Positions 15,223 to 24,393 are shown, numbered from the stretch's first letter. The stretch is DNA of 40,991 nt from an uncultured Candidatus Bathyarchaeia archaeon (GCA_964490655.1 CAZBDB010000001.1:1-40991); one strand, 5' to 3'. The notes: generated by a model not told the origin, from the sequence alone. A program made the numbers and translations.

Positions 15223-16302
15223 ATGGTGGAAAGGGTCATGTCTGAGAGCGTTTCCTTCGGTCCCTGGCGCGGCTTCAACCTATTGGAGAAGTTCACTGTC
15301 CGGAGGAACTCACCATTCTTGGAGCTTGACTTTCAGCGAATGGCTGAGTGGGGCTTCGATTTCGTACGGCTTCCCATGGACTACAGATGCTGGATCATCG
15401 ATGGAGATTTCTACAGGATAAACGAGAAAGTACTTAAAGAGATAGATCAGGCTGTTGAGTTTGGAAGGAAGTATAGGATACATACAGACATCAACTTTCA
15501 CCGAGCTCCAGGCTTTTGTGTGAACCCTCCATTGGAGCCGTTGAGCTTATGGAGTGACAGAGAGGCATTAGACGCGTGCGAGTACCATTGGAGGCTTTTC
15601 GCTGAACGTTACAAAGGTATCCCTAGCGAAGAGGTTAGCTTCAACTTGGTGAACGAGCCACGCGGAACCAACATGCAGACGTACAAGCGCTTCGTTGACA
15701 GAATGCTACATGCAATTAGGGAGATAGATCCCTATCGGCTGGTGATAGCTGACGGTTTGACGGGGAACTATGAACCCGTGCCTGGAATCGATGATCCGTT
15801 GCTTGGGCAAAGTTTTCACGTATATCAGCCAGGGTGGCTTACTCATCTAGGCGCTAGCTGGACTTATGTATGGTTCAATTATGATGAACAACCTGAGTAT
15901 CCCGGAGTGGCACCGAACATCGACAAGTACCTAGAAAAGCTGCCACTTGACTCTCCCCATCGAGGAGCTTACCTGAGGTACAAGGGTGTGGGAATCGACA
16001 AGGATTGGCTAGAGCAGTGGATGAAACCCTACATAGACCTAAAGGAGAAAGATGGGGTATTCGTTCACTGTGGTGAGCTCGGAGTCTATTCGAAGAAGGT
16101 TCCACGGCGATCTCAACTCAACTGGTATCGGGATGTTCTAGAGATTCTCAGTCAACACAAGATTGGATGGGCCCAATGGAACCTGAGAGGACCCTTCAGC
16201 ATAATGAATACAGGCCGAGAAGAATTCCACAGCGAAACGTTGCCAGACGGAGACCGCTTGGACAGAGAATTGCTCAGACTCATTCAAAGCTATCTAAAAT
16301 GA
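15223..16302 (+). CDS. GH5 family glycoside hydrolase (cellulase/mannanase-type), cytoplasmic
   Basis: 359-aa ORF starting 6 nt after the previous stop, so probably the same operon. GH5 hallmarks are WGFDFVRLPMDY, the acid/base motif SFNLVNEPRG and the nucleophile motif FVHCGELGV. No signal peptide. Confidence 0.8.
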   Translation: MVERVMSESVSFGPWRGFNLLEKFTVRRNSPFLELDFQRMAEWGFDFVRLPMDYRCWIIDGDFYRINEKVLKEIDQAVEFGRKYRIHTDINFHRAPGFCVNPPLEPLSLWSDREALDACEYHWRLFAERYKGIPSEEVSFNLVNEPRGTNMQTYKRFVDRMLHAIREIDPYRLVIADGLTGNYEPVPGIDDPLLGQSFHVYQPGWLTHLGASWTYVWFNYDEQPEYPGVAPNIDKYLEKLPLDSPHRGAYLRYKGVGIDKDWLEQWMKPYIDLKEKDGVFVHCGELGVYSKKVPRRSQLNWYRDVLEILSQHKIGWAQWNLRGPFSIMNTGREEFHSETLPDGDRLDRELLRLIQSYLK

Positions 16303-16587
16303 TTTCTACTTTCGTATGCAAGCACTAGCAGTACAAAAGAAGAGAATACAGAGTAAATCCTGATTCCTCTAAAGCTTTCTGGGTAGATCTTCTCAACCCC
16401 GACGTTCTCTAGTATGTGAACAGCTTGTTTCCTGGCATTCTCATCTTTGATCATGGATCTTGTGCTTCTCGCTGTAGAGTAGCATGCAAGTCTGAACATA
16501 GACCAAGCCTCTTGTGTCCACCTATTGAGGGCAGAAGATATTTATCGATTACCACAGTTCTTGACGGCAAAAGTTCCAGCTATAGAG

Positions 16588-16602
16588 GAAAACTTTATGA
16601 GC
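16588..16602 (+). promoter_or_regulatory. BRE/TATA-like box for family B gene 16625..18010
   Basis: GAAAACTTTATGAGC, centred about 29 nt upstream of the ATG, so the transcript is probably leaderless. Confidence 0.4.
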
Positions 16603-16624
16603 GTACAAGTATTACTACTCTAGC

Positions 16625-18010
16625 ATGAAGCAGATTAGACTGTTATGCCCACTCCTTTTGTTCATAACCATCGTCGTGTCTTCGTCCCTAATGCCGCTGT
16701 TCGCTCAGACGGAGGAAAGCTACAGAAGTGTTCATAATGCGTTTTATGTTCATGCGCCGGGGATGTTCTATGATTATGTGTGGGCAGTCTCTGTCATAAG
16801 TTTGGCGGCTGACAACCACATATCACTATACGAGCTAACCAAGGAAGGTGGAGAACTTGTGAAGGAAGTGGATCTGGATGCCCAAGAGGTCTTCAGATAC
16901 AATGGCAGCGAGGAAAGAGCGAGGAACTTCAAGATAGTATCGACGGGTTCAGTATCTGTGTCTTTCCATGGCGGTCAGATCAACGCACCTTGGGACTGGG
17001 GGTTGGGATGGGGATCAGGTTCAACATTCTACACTGCAAAGAGCGGAAGCTTCGTAGGAAAGGAATTCATATTTGCTCCGTTGCCAAACACGAGAGTTCT
17101 CCTAGGAGATTTGATAGTTGACCAATCTACACCTATCGTCTTCGCATTGGACGACTGCGAGGTAACCCTTGAAGGACCCTATGGACCAGTGGACGAGTGG
17201 TTCATGTTCGCCGATTCATCAAAGGAGCTCAATCCGCTAACCGCTGGAGTTGTCCACCGTTTGGTTTCTTCAGGAGACGTCCTCTTAGCAACCTTCAACA
17301 ATAACAGCTTCACGGTTGTCCCAAGCCTTTCTGGAGAACTCACAGGAGCAATATTCATAACCAGACCTGAGCTGCAGAACCAAACCGACGATCCACTTAG
17401 ACTCTTTGGAGGCTTGGTGGTCTATACCTACGAAGACTGCGAAGTATCTGTGAGAACTCTTGAAGGCAGAGACCTTCTGAAAAGTCTTAGCCTCAATACC
17501 GGAGACTACGAGTTCATATCAGATCTGCCATTAGTAGATGTGTACGTTGAGGCAACCGGCACTATTGCCTTGTGGTCTGCCAGCGCTAGGGGCTCACCGA
17601 TACCGGCAAATCTGGGTGACGATCTGACTTTCTTGGCCGGCACAGGTACTCTAAGGTTTTTCGCTCCTTCGTACGCCATGGCTTTTGCGCCCGAAGACTT
17701 GGAGTTCACCTTGGACGGCTCAACCGTGGGGCTTGAAAAGGACAGATATACGGAGATCAAGGGTGGATACCATGTGATTGAAACCGATAAACCTTTGATT
17801 ATTGAAGTAGTGGCTTTGTCTCAGCTCACCGGGCAAGGAAGCGGACCCAACAGCTTTGGCACGACGGTTCTGACAGTTGGGAGTGCGGTTGCAGAAGCCC
17901 CAGCTAAGGCGGAGGCCGGCATGGACTTGACACCGATAGTTGCGGGCGTAGCCGTAGCAGCAATTGCTATCGTCGTAGTGCTCTTGCGCATGAGAGCGAA
18001 GAAAGCCTAG
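16625..18010 (+). CDS. Family B surface protein (paralogue of 1518..2945)
   Basis: 461-aa ORF with signal peptide MKQIRLLCPLLLFITIVVSSSLMPLFAQ. The repeat signatures match family B (LDDCEVTLEG, YEDCEVSVRT, PEDLEFTLDG). The C-terminus is LTPIVAGVAVAAIAIVVVLLRMRAKKA. A TATA-like box lies about 29 nt upstream of the ATG. Confidence 0.85.
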   Translation: MKQIRLLCPLLLFITIVVSSSLMPLFAQTEESYRSVHNAFYVHAPGMFYDYVWAVSVISLAADNHISLYELTKEGGELVKEVDLDAQEVFRYNGSEERARNFKIVSTGSVSVSFHGGQINAPWDWGLGWGSGSTFYTAKSGSFVGKEFIFAPLPNTRVLLGDLIVDQSTPIVFALDDCEVTLEGPYGPVDEWFMFADSSKELNPLTAGVVHRLVSSGDVLLATFNNNSFTVVPSLSGELTGAIFITRPELQNQTDDPLRLFGGLVVYTYEDCEVSVRTLEGRDLLKSLSLNTGDYEFISDLPLVDVYVEATGTIALWSASARGSPIPANLGDDLTFLAGTGTLRFFAPSYAMAFAPEDLEFTLDGSTVGLEKDRYTEIKGGYHVIETDKPLIIEVVALSQLTGQGSGPNSFGTTVLTVGSAVAEAPAKAEAGMDLTPIVAGVAVAAIAIVVVLLRMRAKKA

Positions 18011-18023
18011 AACAGAAAGATGT

Positions 18024-19631
18024 TCAGACTGGAATAGACGCTATTCTCTCGTCGAAATAGTATTTTTGCGTTTCGCTGTCGTAGCCGAGGGCGACTACTC
18101 TAACTGTAAGGCTATCTAACCCCTCAGGATAATCGAGGGGAAGTGTGGACAATCTCAGTTCTCCAGCAATGTAGGCCTTTTCTGTTGTGAAGTAGGCGTA
18201 TCCTGTGTCCTTATCTCCTTGGCCGGTCAGCCCTGTCCATACAGAGTGTATGACAGCCATAGCTGCATCCCAAGCTACGTCGTTTACTAAGTCGTCCCAT
18301 GAGGGATAACGGGCGCGAACATCCTCCATCCATCTCACAGGAGCGCTCTCGACAACGCCAGTATACCAGACTCCGCCTGTACCATTCACAACGGGAAGAT
18401 ACGTAACCGTAGACCAACTCCACTCCTTCAGGGTCTCTTCGAACATACCGTAAAAGTAGGTGTTCGTCAGCAATGCTGGTCCCTGTCTCTCCCCCTTTAT
18501 ACGTACAGACCGATCCACGTACTCAGTTCTCAGTCCAAGGGTCTTTCCAGCTCTTGTCGGGCCTAAAGGCGTGTTGATGTAGCCGCCTTCAATAGCGTCG
18601 TATCCTAGGAGCCACCAATCTCCACGTCCTGCCCATACGTTGACCCTCCAAGCTTCCTCGCCTGGAATGTTCATTGATGAACCATTCGTTGGTTCACCAT
18701 AGTAGTATCCTAGATATTCGCCTATCCAAATGAGAACGCCGCCGCCATGCTTGAGCCATCTAGAAGTCAGGCTTTGCTGGTCTTCCTCGCCGTACCACAC
18801 TGGTGGACTTCCGTATTTCGGTAGGACATCAGCTCCCATTATTACTATGGCTGGCTGCATCTCAACCATAACATTCCACAGTCCGAAACGGTCTATCATC
18901 TCAACCTCTATTCCAGCTGAGGACAGTATTTCAGAGACCTTCTCGTAGTAGTCCATTATCTCAGGTTCGTTTCCTATCGCAGAGTTGTTGAAGATTGGGT
19001 CGTAGTAGAATTTCACAGGTCTGTATCCTGACCATGTTGGTGTGAAATGGGTGAATTGCATAACTCTGACCCAGTCCAATCCGTTAGCCTCTACGTCCAA
19101 GCTAGCGGATAAAGAGCCATCATCTTCTTTTGACGCTGCTAGAGAGCCTAGACTCAGAAGGCTTCCCTGCTTTAATGTTGAAGGAGCCTCCACGACGATT
19201 TGTTCAACTCTTACACTAGGGATTAGCGCGGCTTCGGGTGCTGAAGCTGAAACCCTCAAGTTGTACTCTTCCCCTAAGCTCCAGGCATTTTCGATTCTGA
19301 CTAGGGCGGTCTCTTTCGCGTTCAGCGTGATCTGTTCTCTAGGCTGCATTGGACCCCCATCCATAGATACGCCCGCGGATTGTCCTGGGAAAACCTTATC
19401 GTCGCCCACATAGATCTCATTCACCTCTAACGGTTCATCGCCTACGTTATCGATGAAGAAGAGAGCATAACGTTGTTCCTCCTGAGCTGCTAGAACGGCG
19501 TTGATCTTGAAATCCACTGCTTTGCCTAACAGGTACGGAGTCAGAAATTCGGCAGCTACAACCGCTACGATCACCACTACAACCGCAACTGCCGCAATCT
19601 TGCGCTTATCCATAAGGCTTGCTTCCCCCAC
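18024..19631 (-). CDS. Family A surface protein with an N-terminal signal-anchor (paralogue of 1..1344)
   Basis: 535-aa ORF from the GTG at 19631. By comparison with the paralogue (MDKRKIA...), the ATG at 19613 is the more likely start. It has a single N-terminal TM helix (IAAVAVVVVIVAVVAA). The central stretch PAIVIMGADVLPKYG...SLTSRWLKHGGGVLIWIGEYLG resembles the GATase1/ThuA-like pattern seen in the middle domains of both GH42 genes (weak, by eye). Confidence 0.85.
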   Translation of the reverse strand: MGEASLMDKRKIAAVAVVVVIVAVVAAEFLTPYLLGKAVDFKINAVLAAQEEQRYALFFIDNVGDEPLEVNEIYVGDDKVFPGQSAGVSMDGGPMQPREQITLNAKETALVRIENAWSLGEEYNLRVSASAPEAALIPSVRVEQIVVEAPSTLKQGSLLSLGSLAASKEDDGSLSASLDVEANGLDWVRVMQFTHFTPTWSGYRPVKFYYDPIFNNSAIGNEPEIMDYYEKVSEILSSAGIEVEMIDRFGLWNVMVEMQPAIVIMGADVLPKYGSPPVWYGEEDQQSLTSRWLKHGGGVLIWIGEYLGYYYGEPTNGSSMNIPGEEAWRVNVWAGRGDWWLLGYDAIEGGYINTPLGPTRAGKTLGLRTEYVDRSVRIKGERQGPALLTNTYFYGMFEETLKEWSWSTVTYLPVVNGTGGVWYTGVVESAPVRWMEDVRARYPSWDDLVNDVAWDAAMAVIHSVWTGLTGQGDKDTGYAYFTTEKAYIAGELRLSTLPLDYPEGLDSLTVRVVALGYDSETQKYYFDERIASIPV

Positions 19632-19739
19632 CTAGAGTGCAGCTAAAGCGAAAGAAGTTAATATATTTATCCAAAGCTCCCGCTCACGAACAAACCCTTG
19701 TGACCTGAAATAGTAGACTCGCCTGCAAATGCGCACTCA

Positions 19740-20993
19740 TTATCTGCTTAGTTGCTTGAGTTTGGCAAGTGTTTCAATCATGGCTCTACTGTTATGATAG
19801 GCCGATTTCCAGATGTCAGCCTTATTGCCCACTGGATCGCCGTCTGGCCTAACTATATTGAACCAGTCTCCGTTTCTCCAGTCCACTTGGTGGTTCTCAA
19901 TCCAGTCCAAGGTCTTTTCGAAATGCCCGAGATAAACTGGGTCTCTGGTCAAATGGTACATGTAAGTCTCACTTACTAACGCCTCAGCTTGGATCCACCA
20001 TACCTTGTCTAGGCGATCAGCGGGTTGATTAAGCGGTCCACTCTCGTAGAGCCCGCCCTCTTGAGTGTCAAAGCCGAATCTAGCAGAATAGGAGAACACA
20101 GTCCTGTAAAGATCAGTAAGCAGACTGTCAGGAATCTCAACTGTTCTAGAGGCATCCATAAGGAGCCATACATTCTCAAGATCATGCCCGTAGGAGACCC
20201 GACCATGCTCAGGCCCATGCAAGGGCGTCCAATCAGAATGAAACTCCTCGGCGCACGCACCCACGTTCTTCCGTACCACCGCGTTGCTCAAGACGAAGAT
20301 CATCTCAGTCAGTCGCTCCCGTGCCACACGATCCTCGGTGGCTCTGTAATATGTGATTAGCGCCTCAAGCATGTGGAGATGAGTATTCATCAGTTTGACT
20401 TCCGAGATGAAACCTAAGTAGCCTTGCTCATCGACCGGTGCCTCCGACCAATCACGGAGGAAATACTCACGATATCCACCATGCTGGTCGTCATGGGAAT
20501 GCTTCTCCATAAGGTTGAACAATCGTCCAGCTAGACCGAGGGCTTCTTCATCCTTACTGGCCATAGCGAATTCAGATAACGCATACAGACCAAAGGCCTG
20601 ACCGTACATGTGCTTGTTAAGTCGCAAAGGATTGGCCTTAGAATCCACTTCCCAGAAGAAGCCGCCATTTTCAGCGTCCCATATTCGATCACGCAAGAAG
20701 CGATATCCATGCTCGGCAGCTTCAAGAAATTCCGTGCCACCCCAGCCGGCGTTGAACACCTTTGAGAAGAACCAAACCATCCGTGCCTGCGTAACGATCA
20801 TCTTAGTTCCTTCACCCATCGGCTTGCCGTAGACATTATGATTTAGGTAATAGCCGCCCTTCTCACGGTCTATTGATGCAGGATACCAGAATGGCATAAT
20901 GTTTTGGGTGAGGATTTTCTCCAATCGTTCTCTCGTTTTCTGACACCATCTACCTGAAAAGCTTACTGTCATATTGATCAAATCCAAACTCAA
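19740..20993 (-). CDS. AGE-superfamily epimerase/isomerase (N-acylglucosamine 2-epimerase / cellobiose-mannobiose 2-epimerase / aldose-ketose isomerase type)
   Basis: 417-aa ORF with the typical (alpha/alpha)6 AGE pattern: IMPFWYPASIDREKGGYY, VTQARMVWFFS, DAENGGFFWEVD, HMYGQAFGLYAL, NTHLHMLEAL, SYGHDLENVWLL. No signal peptide. Confidence 0.8.
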   Translation of the reverse strand: MSLDLINMTVSFSGRWCQKTRERLEKILTQNIMPFWYPASIDREKGGYYLNHNVYGKPMGEGTKMIVTQARMVWFFSKVFNAGWGGTEFLEAAEHGYRFLRDRIWDAENGGFFWEVDSKANPLRLNKHMYGQAFGLYALSEFAMASKDEEALGLAGRLFNLMEKHSHDDQHGGYREYFLRDWSEAPVDEQGYLGFISEVKLMNTHLHMLEALITYYRATEDRVARERLTEMIFVLSNAVVRKNVGACAEEFHSDWTPLHGPEHGRVSYGHDLENVWLLMDASRTVEIPDSLLTDLYRTVFSYSARFGFDTQEGGLYESGPLNQPADRLDKVWWIQAEALVSETYMYHLTRDPVYLGHFEKTLDWIENHQVDWRNGDWFNIVRPDGDPVGNKADIWKSAYHNSRAMIETLAKLKQLSR

Positions 20994-21114
20994 CTTATTC
21001 CTACAGATTCTGATAAAAGCTTACTGCATCCGTCTTTTGACGTTTGGCTGATGCTGGCTCAGGAAAGAGCCGCGGATCTATTACTGCAGCAGAGAAAAAG
21101 AGGGTGAAGGGAGA

Positions 21115-23661
21115 CTATTTTGTTTCTATCTCATACCATAGTGTCTCATTCTCTGGTCCGATCCTGATGACCGACCTTCCTTCCTCTTCCTCCACGGATA
21201 GATTCCTCTTTCTGAAGCCTTTCTCGTCGAGAGCGTAGACTTTGACTCTCTGGGCTCTGATGGGTAGCGTGATCTTTGCAGGGATTCCTTCTACCATGGA
21301 GGGAGCTTCACCCCATTTGGTTCCGACGGTGAATTTGCCCTCATCCCAGCCCATATTGGTGTTCTCAGCATATCCGGTAGCTGTCAGTAATATCCTGCCT
21401 GGAGAAGAGAAGTCCTCACCCTCCAAGACCGTCGAAGTAATGCACGCCCAATCTTGCACGGTATCACCTGGAGCAATGGTCACCTCTCCCAGATCGAAGA
21501 CTCTATTCCTTACAAACCCGATGAGCATCTTCGTCTTTCTCGCATTTGCAGTCACGTAGCCCGCGTCTGGCATAGATAGATTCCATACTAGCTGGTTTGT
21601 ATCGCTTATCATGATCGGGTCTTCATCGCTGACATCTGTGACTCTGGGTTTCTCCTCAGCATCACCGTAGCCTACTGATACTCTGTGCTTCAAGGGTGTT
21701 GCGAAGGGAGCCCCCAAGGTGTAGACGCTCAGCCCAGCAGGACCCCTAGATCTTACAGCGTCAATCACAGCTTCTTTGTCAAATACAGCTTTGACATTCA
21801 ACTTCCCCGGTTCAATGTCGCCTCTCAGGAACATGGCTACGGCAGGTATCAATGCCACGAGCTTGGTTGGGTGAGAGTCGATGTCGAAGAAGTTGGGAAT
21901 CCGCCCCATATTCCAAGCATCAAGCCTGTGACAGTAGGAGAAGGAGAATATCCCATCCCAATCTTGGAAGGCAGCGTATGCTGCGAGCAGGGGGAAGGCT
22001 TCTGAACAGTATGTGTTCGGCGCTGGGTGATTGTATTCGGTTACTGTATAAGGGTAGCCTTCAACCCTCATACTTGATAAAGGTCTTAAGGTCCCTCCTT
22101 TAGAGTTCACCATTGAAACATTGTAGACTATCCAATCTTCACGGTCCCAAGGTCTAGCAGGAAACCTAGGATGCTGCCAATAGGAGTGGCCGTCTACGAA
22201 GTCCAACTCGGCTTGAACTGGGAATATGCTGAAACGAACCTGGGTGCCTGCTACCAGAGACTTGGCTCTGAGATCCTCCTTCAAGTATCTGTACATTTCG
22301 GTGTAATAGGTCTCCTCGAGTTTCCACAGAAACTCCACAAAGTCTCTTTGGAGCTGCGGGGATCTTCTGGAGAAACTATCCCTATCCAGCAGGGAGACGG
22401 TGCCTTTCTCTATGCTCTCTTCCTCCTCTAGGCCGTAAGAACCGCCTGGCCTCAGTGAGATGTCGCTTATCCAGATATCCCCCTTAGCCCTCGTAGCTGG
22501 CGCGAAAATCAGCTCAGATCCTTCCACGCTCTGTGGGATCTGGAAGCTGAACTCGTATCTTTTCCACTCCGTGGAGAGATCGAAGACTTTGATAACTGCT
22601 AAGAACCAGACGAACTCTGTCGCCTCTTTAAGTGTAGGCTCTTGCACGTAGAAGCCCAGTCCGCGAGGCGTATCAGCCCTAGTCCAAAAGGATAGTGTAT
22701 ATGGAATCTCGCCATCCATATCCACTTCGGATCTGACCTGAACATCCAACCCTTCCAGCCCCGGTTCTGCTATTCCGAGCTTTAGGGCCTCTCTTCCTTG
22801 AGGTCCCTCTCTTACGCTTTCAAGCTTGGCCTCGGCCTTCTTGGTAGTCTGCAGAGTCCACTCATTACCTTTCAATAGGTCTTCTCTGAAGCTTTCCTTC
22901 TCTTGGGAACCCATAAAATCGGTCGCACCGTATTTTCTCTTGAGAAACAGGTTCCAAAGGAGTCTGAGCTCTTCGACGTAGTGTTCGGGGAGATCAATGA
23001 GGTTCTTCCCTCGCCAGCTCCTCCACCAGCTGAGGAATAGGCTGTTCTCGTTGTTGATCTCTATGAAGGCGACCGCGGGCTCCTCGATGTATCTGCTTCC
23101 AGTGTAGGGGTTATGGTGAGTGAGAAGGTCGCGGGCGTATTTCTTCTGGTAGCCGATCATTCTGTGGTCGAATATGTCTACGCCTTTGTCCATCAGTGGG
23201 AGTTTGTCCCAGTCTGGGAAGCCTTCGGTGTCTGTTAGTTTCCTTGAGACTTTAAGGTTTAGATCTGCGTAGATGCCGTTTTTCTTGAGTTGATATATCA
23301 GATAGTCGAGCTTATCCAGTTGATCGGGGTCAAGGTGTACTTTGTCCTTGTATTTTGGGTCTAGTATGCCGTTTGGGGCGTGTCTCATGTCCATGTGGTG
23401 GAATCTTACTATGTTTATCCCGAACCTTGCCATTCTCTTGGCTATTTTCTCAGCTACATCCTTTTCAGGGAAACAGGCACCGAAGCAGACATTAGTCCCG
23501 AAGAATCTTATTCTTCTCCCGTCTCCCGTATAGAACTTGCCGTCTTTAACTGTTAGGAAACCCGTTTTTCCAGCTGGCTTTCCTATCCAATGGCTTACAT
23601 TAGTGATGTTTTCTGAGAAATCATCCCATGGGATGACGAATGGAAAAAGTTTCTCGGTCAT
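21115..23661 (-). CDS. Large clan GH-A (GH5-like) glycoside hydrolase with an inserted CBM-like beta-sandwich; cytoplasmic
   Basis: 848-aa ORF. The N-terminal TIM-barrel pattern is RFFGTNVCFGACFP...GINIVRFHHMD...GIYADLNL...VAFIEINNENS (candidate acid/base Glu), with a later EGYPYTVTEYNHP (candidate nucleophile Glu). The middle segment YTLSFWTRADTPRGLGFYVQ...EWKRYEFSFQIP resembles CBM4_9-type modules. No signal peptide. Confidence 0.6.
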   Translation of the reverse strand: MTEKLFPFVIPWDDFSENITNVSHWIGKPAGKTGFLTVKDGKFYTGDGRRIRFFGTNVCFGACFPEKDVAEKIAKRMARFGINIVRFHHMDMRHAPNGILDPKYKDKVHLDPDQLDKLDYLIYQLKKNGIYADLNLKVSRKLTDTEGFPDWDKLPLMDKGVDIFDHRMIGYQKKYARDLLTHHNPYTGSRYIEEPAVAFIEINNENSLFLSWWRSWRGKNLIDLPEHYVEELRLLWNLFLKRKYGATDFMGSQEKESFREDLLKGNEWTLQTTKKAEAKLESVREGPQGREALKLGIAEPGLEGLDVQVRSEVDMDGEIPYTLSFWTRADTPRGLGFYVQEPTLKEATEFVWFLAVIKVFDLSTEWKRYEFSFQIPQSVEGSELIFAPATRAKGDIWISDISLRPGGSYGLEEEESIEKGTVSLLDRDSFSRRSPQLQRDFVEFLWKLEETYYTEMYRYLKEDLRAKSLVAGTQVRFSIFPVQAELDFVDGHSYWQHPRFPARPWDREDWIVYNVSMVNSKGGTLRPLSSMRVEGYPYTVTEYNHPAPNTYCSEAFPLLAAYAAFQDWDGIFSFSYCHRLDAWNMGRIPNFFDIDSHPTKLVALIPAVAMFLRGDIEPGKLNVKAVFDKEAVIDAVRSRGPAGLSVYTLGAPFATPLKHRVSVGYGDAEEKPRVTDVSDEDPIMISDTNQLVWNLSMPDAGYVTANARKTKMLIGFVRNRVFDLGEVTIAPGDTVQDWACITSTVLEGEDFSSPGRILLTATGYAENTNMGWDEGKFTVGTKWGEAPSMVEGIPAKITLPIRAQRVKVYALDEKGFRKRNLSVEEEEGRSVIRIGPENETLWYEIETK

Positions 23662-23693
23662 AGATCATCAGGTCAGTGAGTGCATGCCAACAA

Positions 23694-23707
23694 TATTTAA
23701 GATTTTG
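23694..23707 (-). promoter_or_regulatory. BRE/TATA-like box with shared core (plus-strand TAAGATTT, sense AAATCTTA) for the 848-aa GH gene
   Basis: Sense CAAAATCTTAAATA; the core lies 37 nt upstream of the ATG at 23661. Confidence 0.45.
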
Positions 23708-23787
23708 TACAGAAAAGAGATTCTTAGGAACACTTTTTAGAAGCTATATGAACTCATTTAGCTCGTATGGATTGAGAAGGTACAGAA

Positions 23788-24372
23788 TTGAAGGCGAATA
23801 GCCAAAGGTATCAGGATAAGAGAAATAGTTTGGGATTGATTGCTGTTGCGTTGGCTTTGATCAGCGTGGCTCTTCCTTGGTACGAACTCAGCGGTGAACT
23901 AGAAGGAGGTGTAGCTTACTGGTTGGTCTATCCCCTAACACAAAACTACAACTCGCTTGTGGAAAGTGTGGTTTTCCCAGAAAACTGGAGAAACTCGGCC
24001 CCGCCGATGCCGAGAGTAGCTGTACCTCTTCTGCTATCTGCGATCATATGTGCTTATAGCTCCCTTGTTGTCAAGTCGTGGACGAAGAGAGCTCTTGGCT
24101 TGACGATCTCAACGTTCATCATGCTCGTGGCCATAGGGGATTTTGTTCAAGGTTGGCTCTTCGCTGTCATGTTGAGCGGATTACCGACTCCTCCTGGAGA
24201 GCTAAACTTTCAAGATTACGTCGTAGCTGCGAAGTGGGGTCCCGGGATTCTCTTGGCTGGAGTTACCCTTGTCTTGATGGGTTTAGGCGTTGGGTTGGAG
24301 CTCTTGAAGACGTTTGTTTTGATGGGTAAGGAAGCGGCTGAAGCTATTAAGAAGATGCATTCTCTCGACTGA
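23788..24372 (+). CDS. Small polytopic membrane protein (about 4-5 TM), unknown function
   Basis: 194-aa ORF with a TTG start. Hydrophobic helices include LGLIAVALALISVALPW, VAVPLLLSAIICAYSSLVV, LGLTISTFIMLVAIGDFVQGWLFAVML and GILLAGVTLVLMGLGVGL. It is transcribed divergently from the 848-aa GH gene. The start codon is uncertain. Confidence 0.55.
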   Translation: MKANSQRYQDKRNSLGLIAVALALISVALPWYELSGELEGGVAYWLVYPLTQNYNSLVESVVFPENWRNSAPPMPRVAVPLLLSAIICAYSSLVVKSWTKRALGLTISTFIMLVAIGDFVQGWLFAVMLSGLPTPPGELNFQDYVVAAKWGPGILLAGVTLVLMGLGVGLELLKTFVLMGKEAAEAIKKMHSLD

Positions 24373-24380
24373 GATGTTTG

Positions 24381-24393
24381 AAAAATAAAAAAG
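24381..24393 (-). terminator. Oligo-T terminator (sense CTTTTTTATTTTT) after the 665-aa gene
   Basis: A T-rich run 26-38 nt downstream of the stop at 24419, in the 46-nt spacer between convergent genes. Archaeal termination typically occurs at oligo-T tracts. Confidence 0.45.

Noticed and set aside
16290-16628. ORFs 16290..16499 (-) and 16416..16628 (+) in the spacer after the GH5 gene
   Set aside because: They are short and mutually overlapping. The first overlaps the GH5 stop and the second overlaps the family B start and promoter. Neither has a motif. The spacer more likely holds only the promoter of 16625..18010.
21044-21238. A Walker-A-like string (AGSGKS) in the 64-aa ORF 21044..21238, considered as the missing ATPase
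   Set aside because: The ORF is far too short for an NTPase and overlaps the 3' end of the 848-aa GH gene on the opposite strand. It has no Walker B or ABC signature. The match is a chance occurrence.
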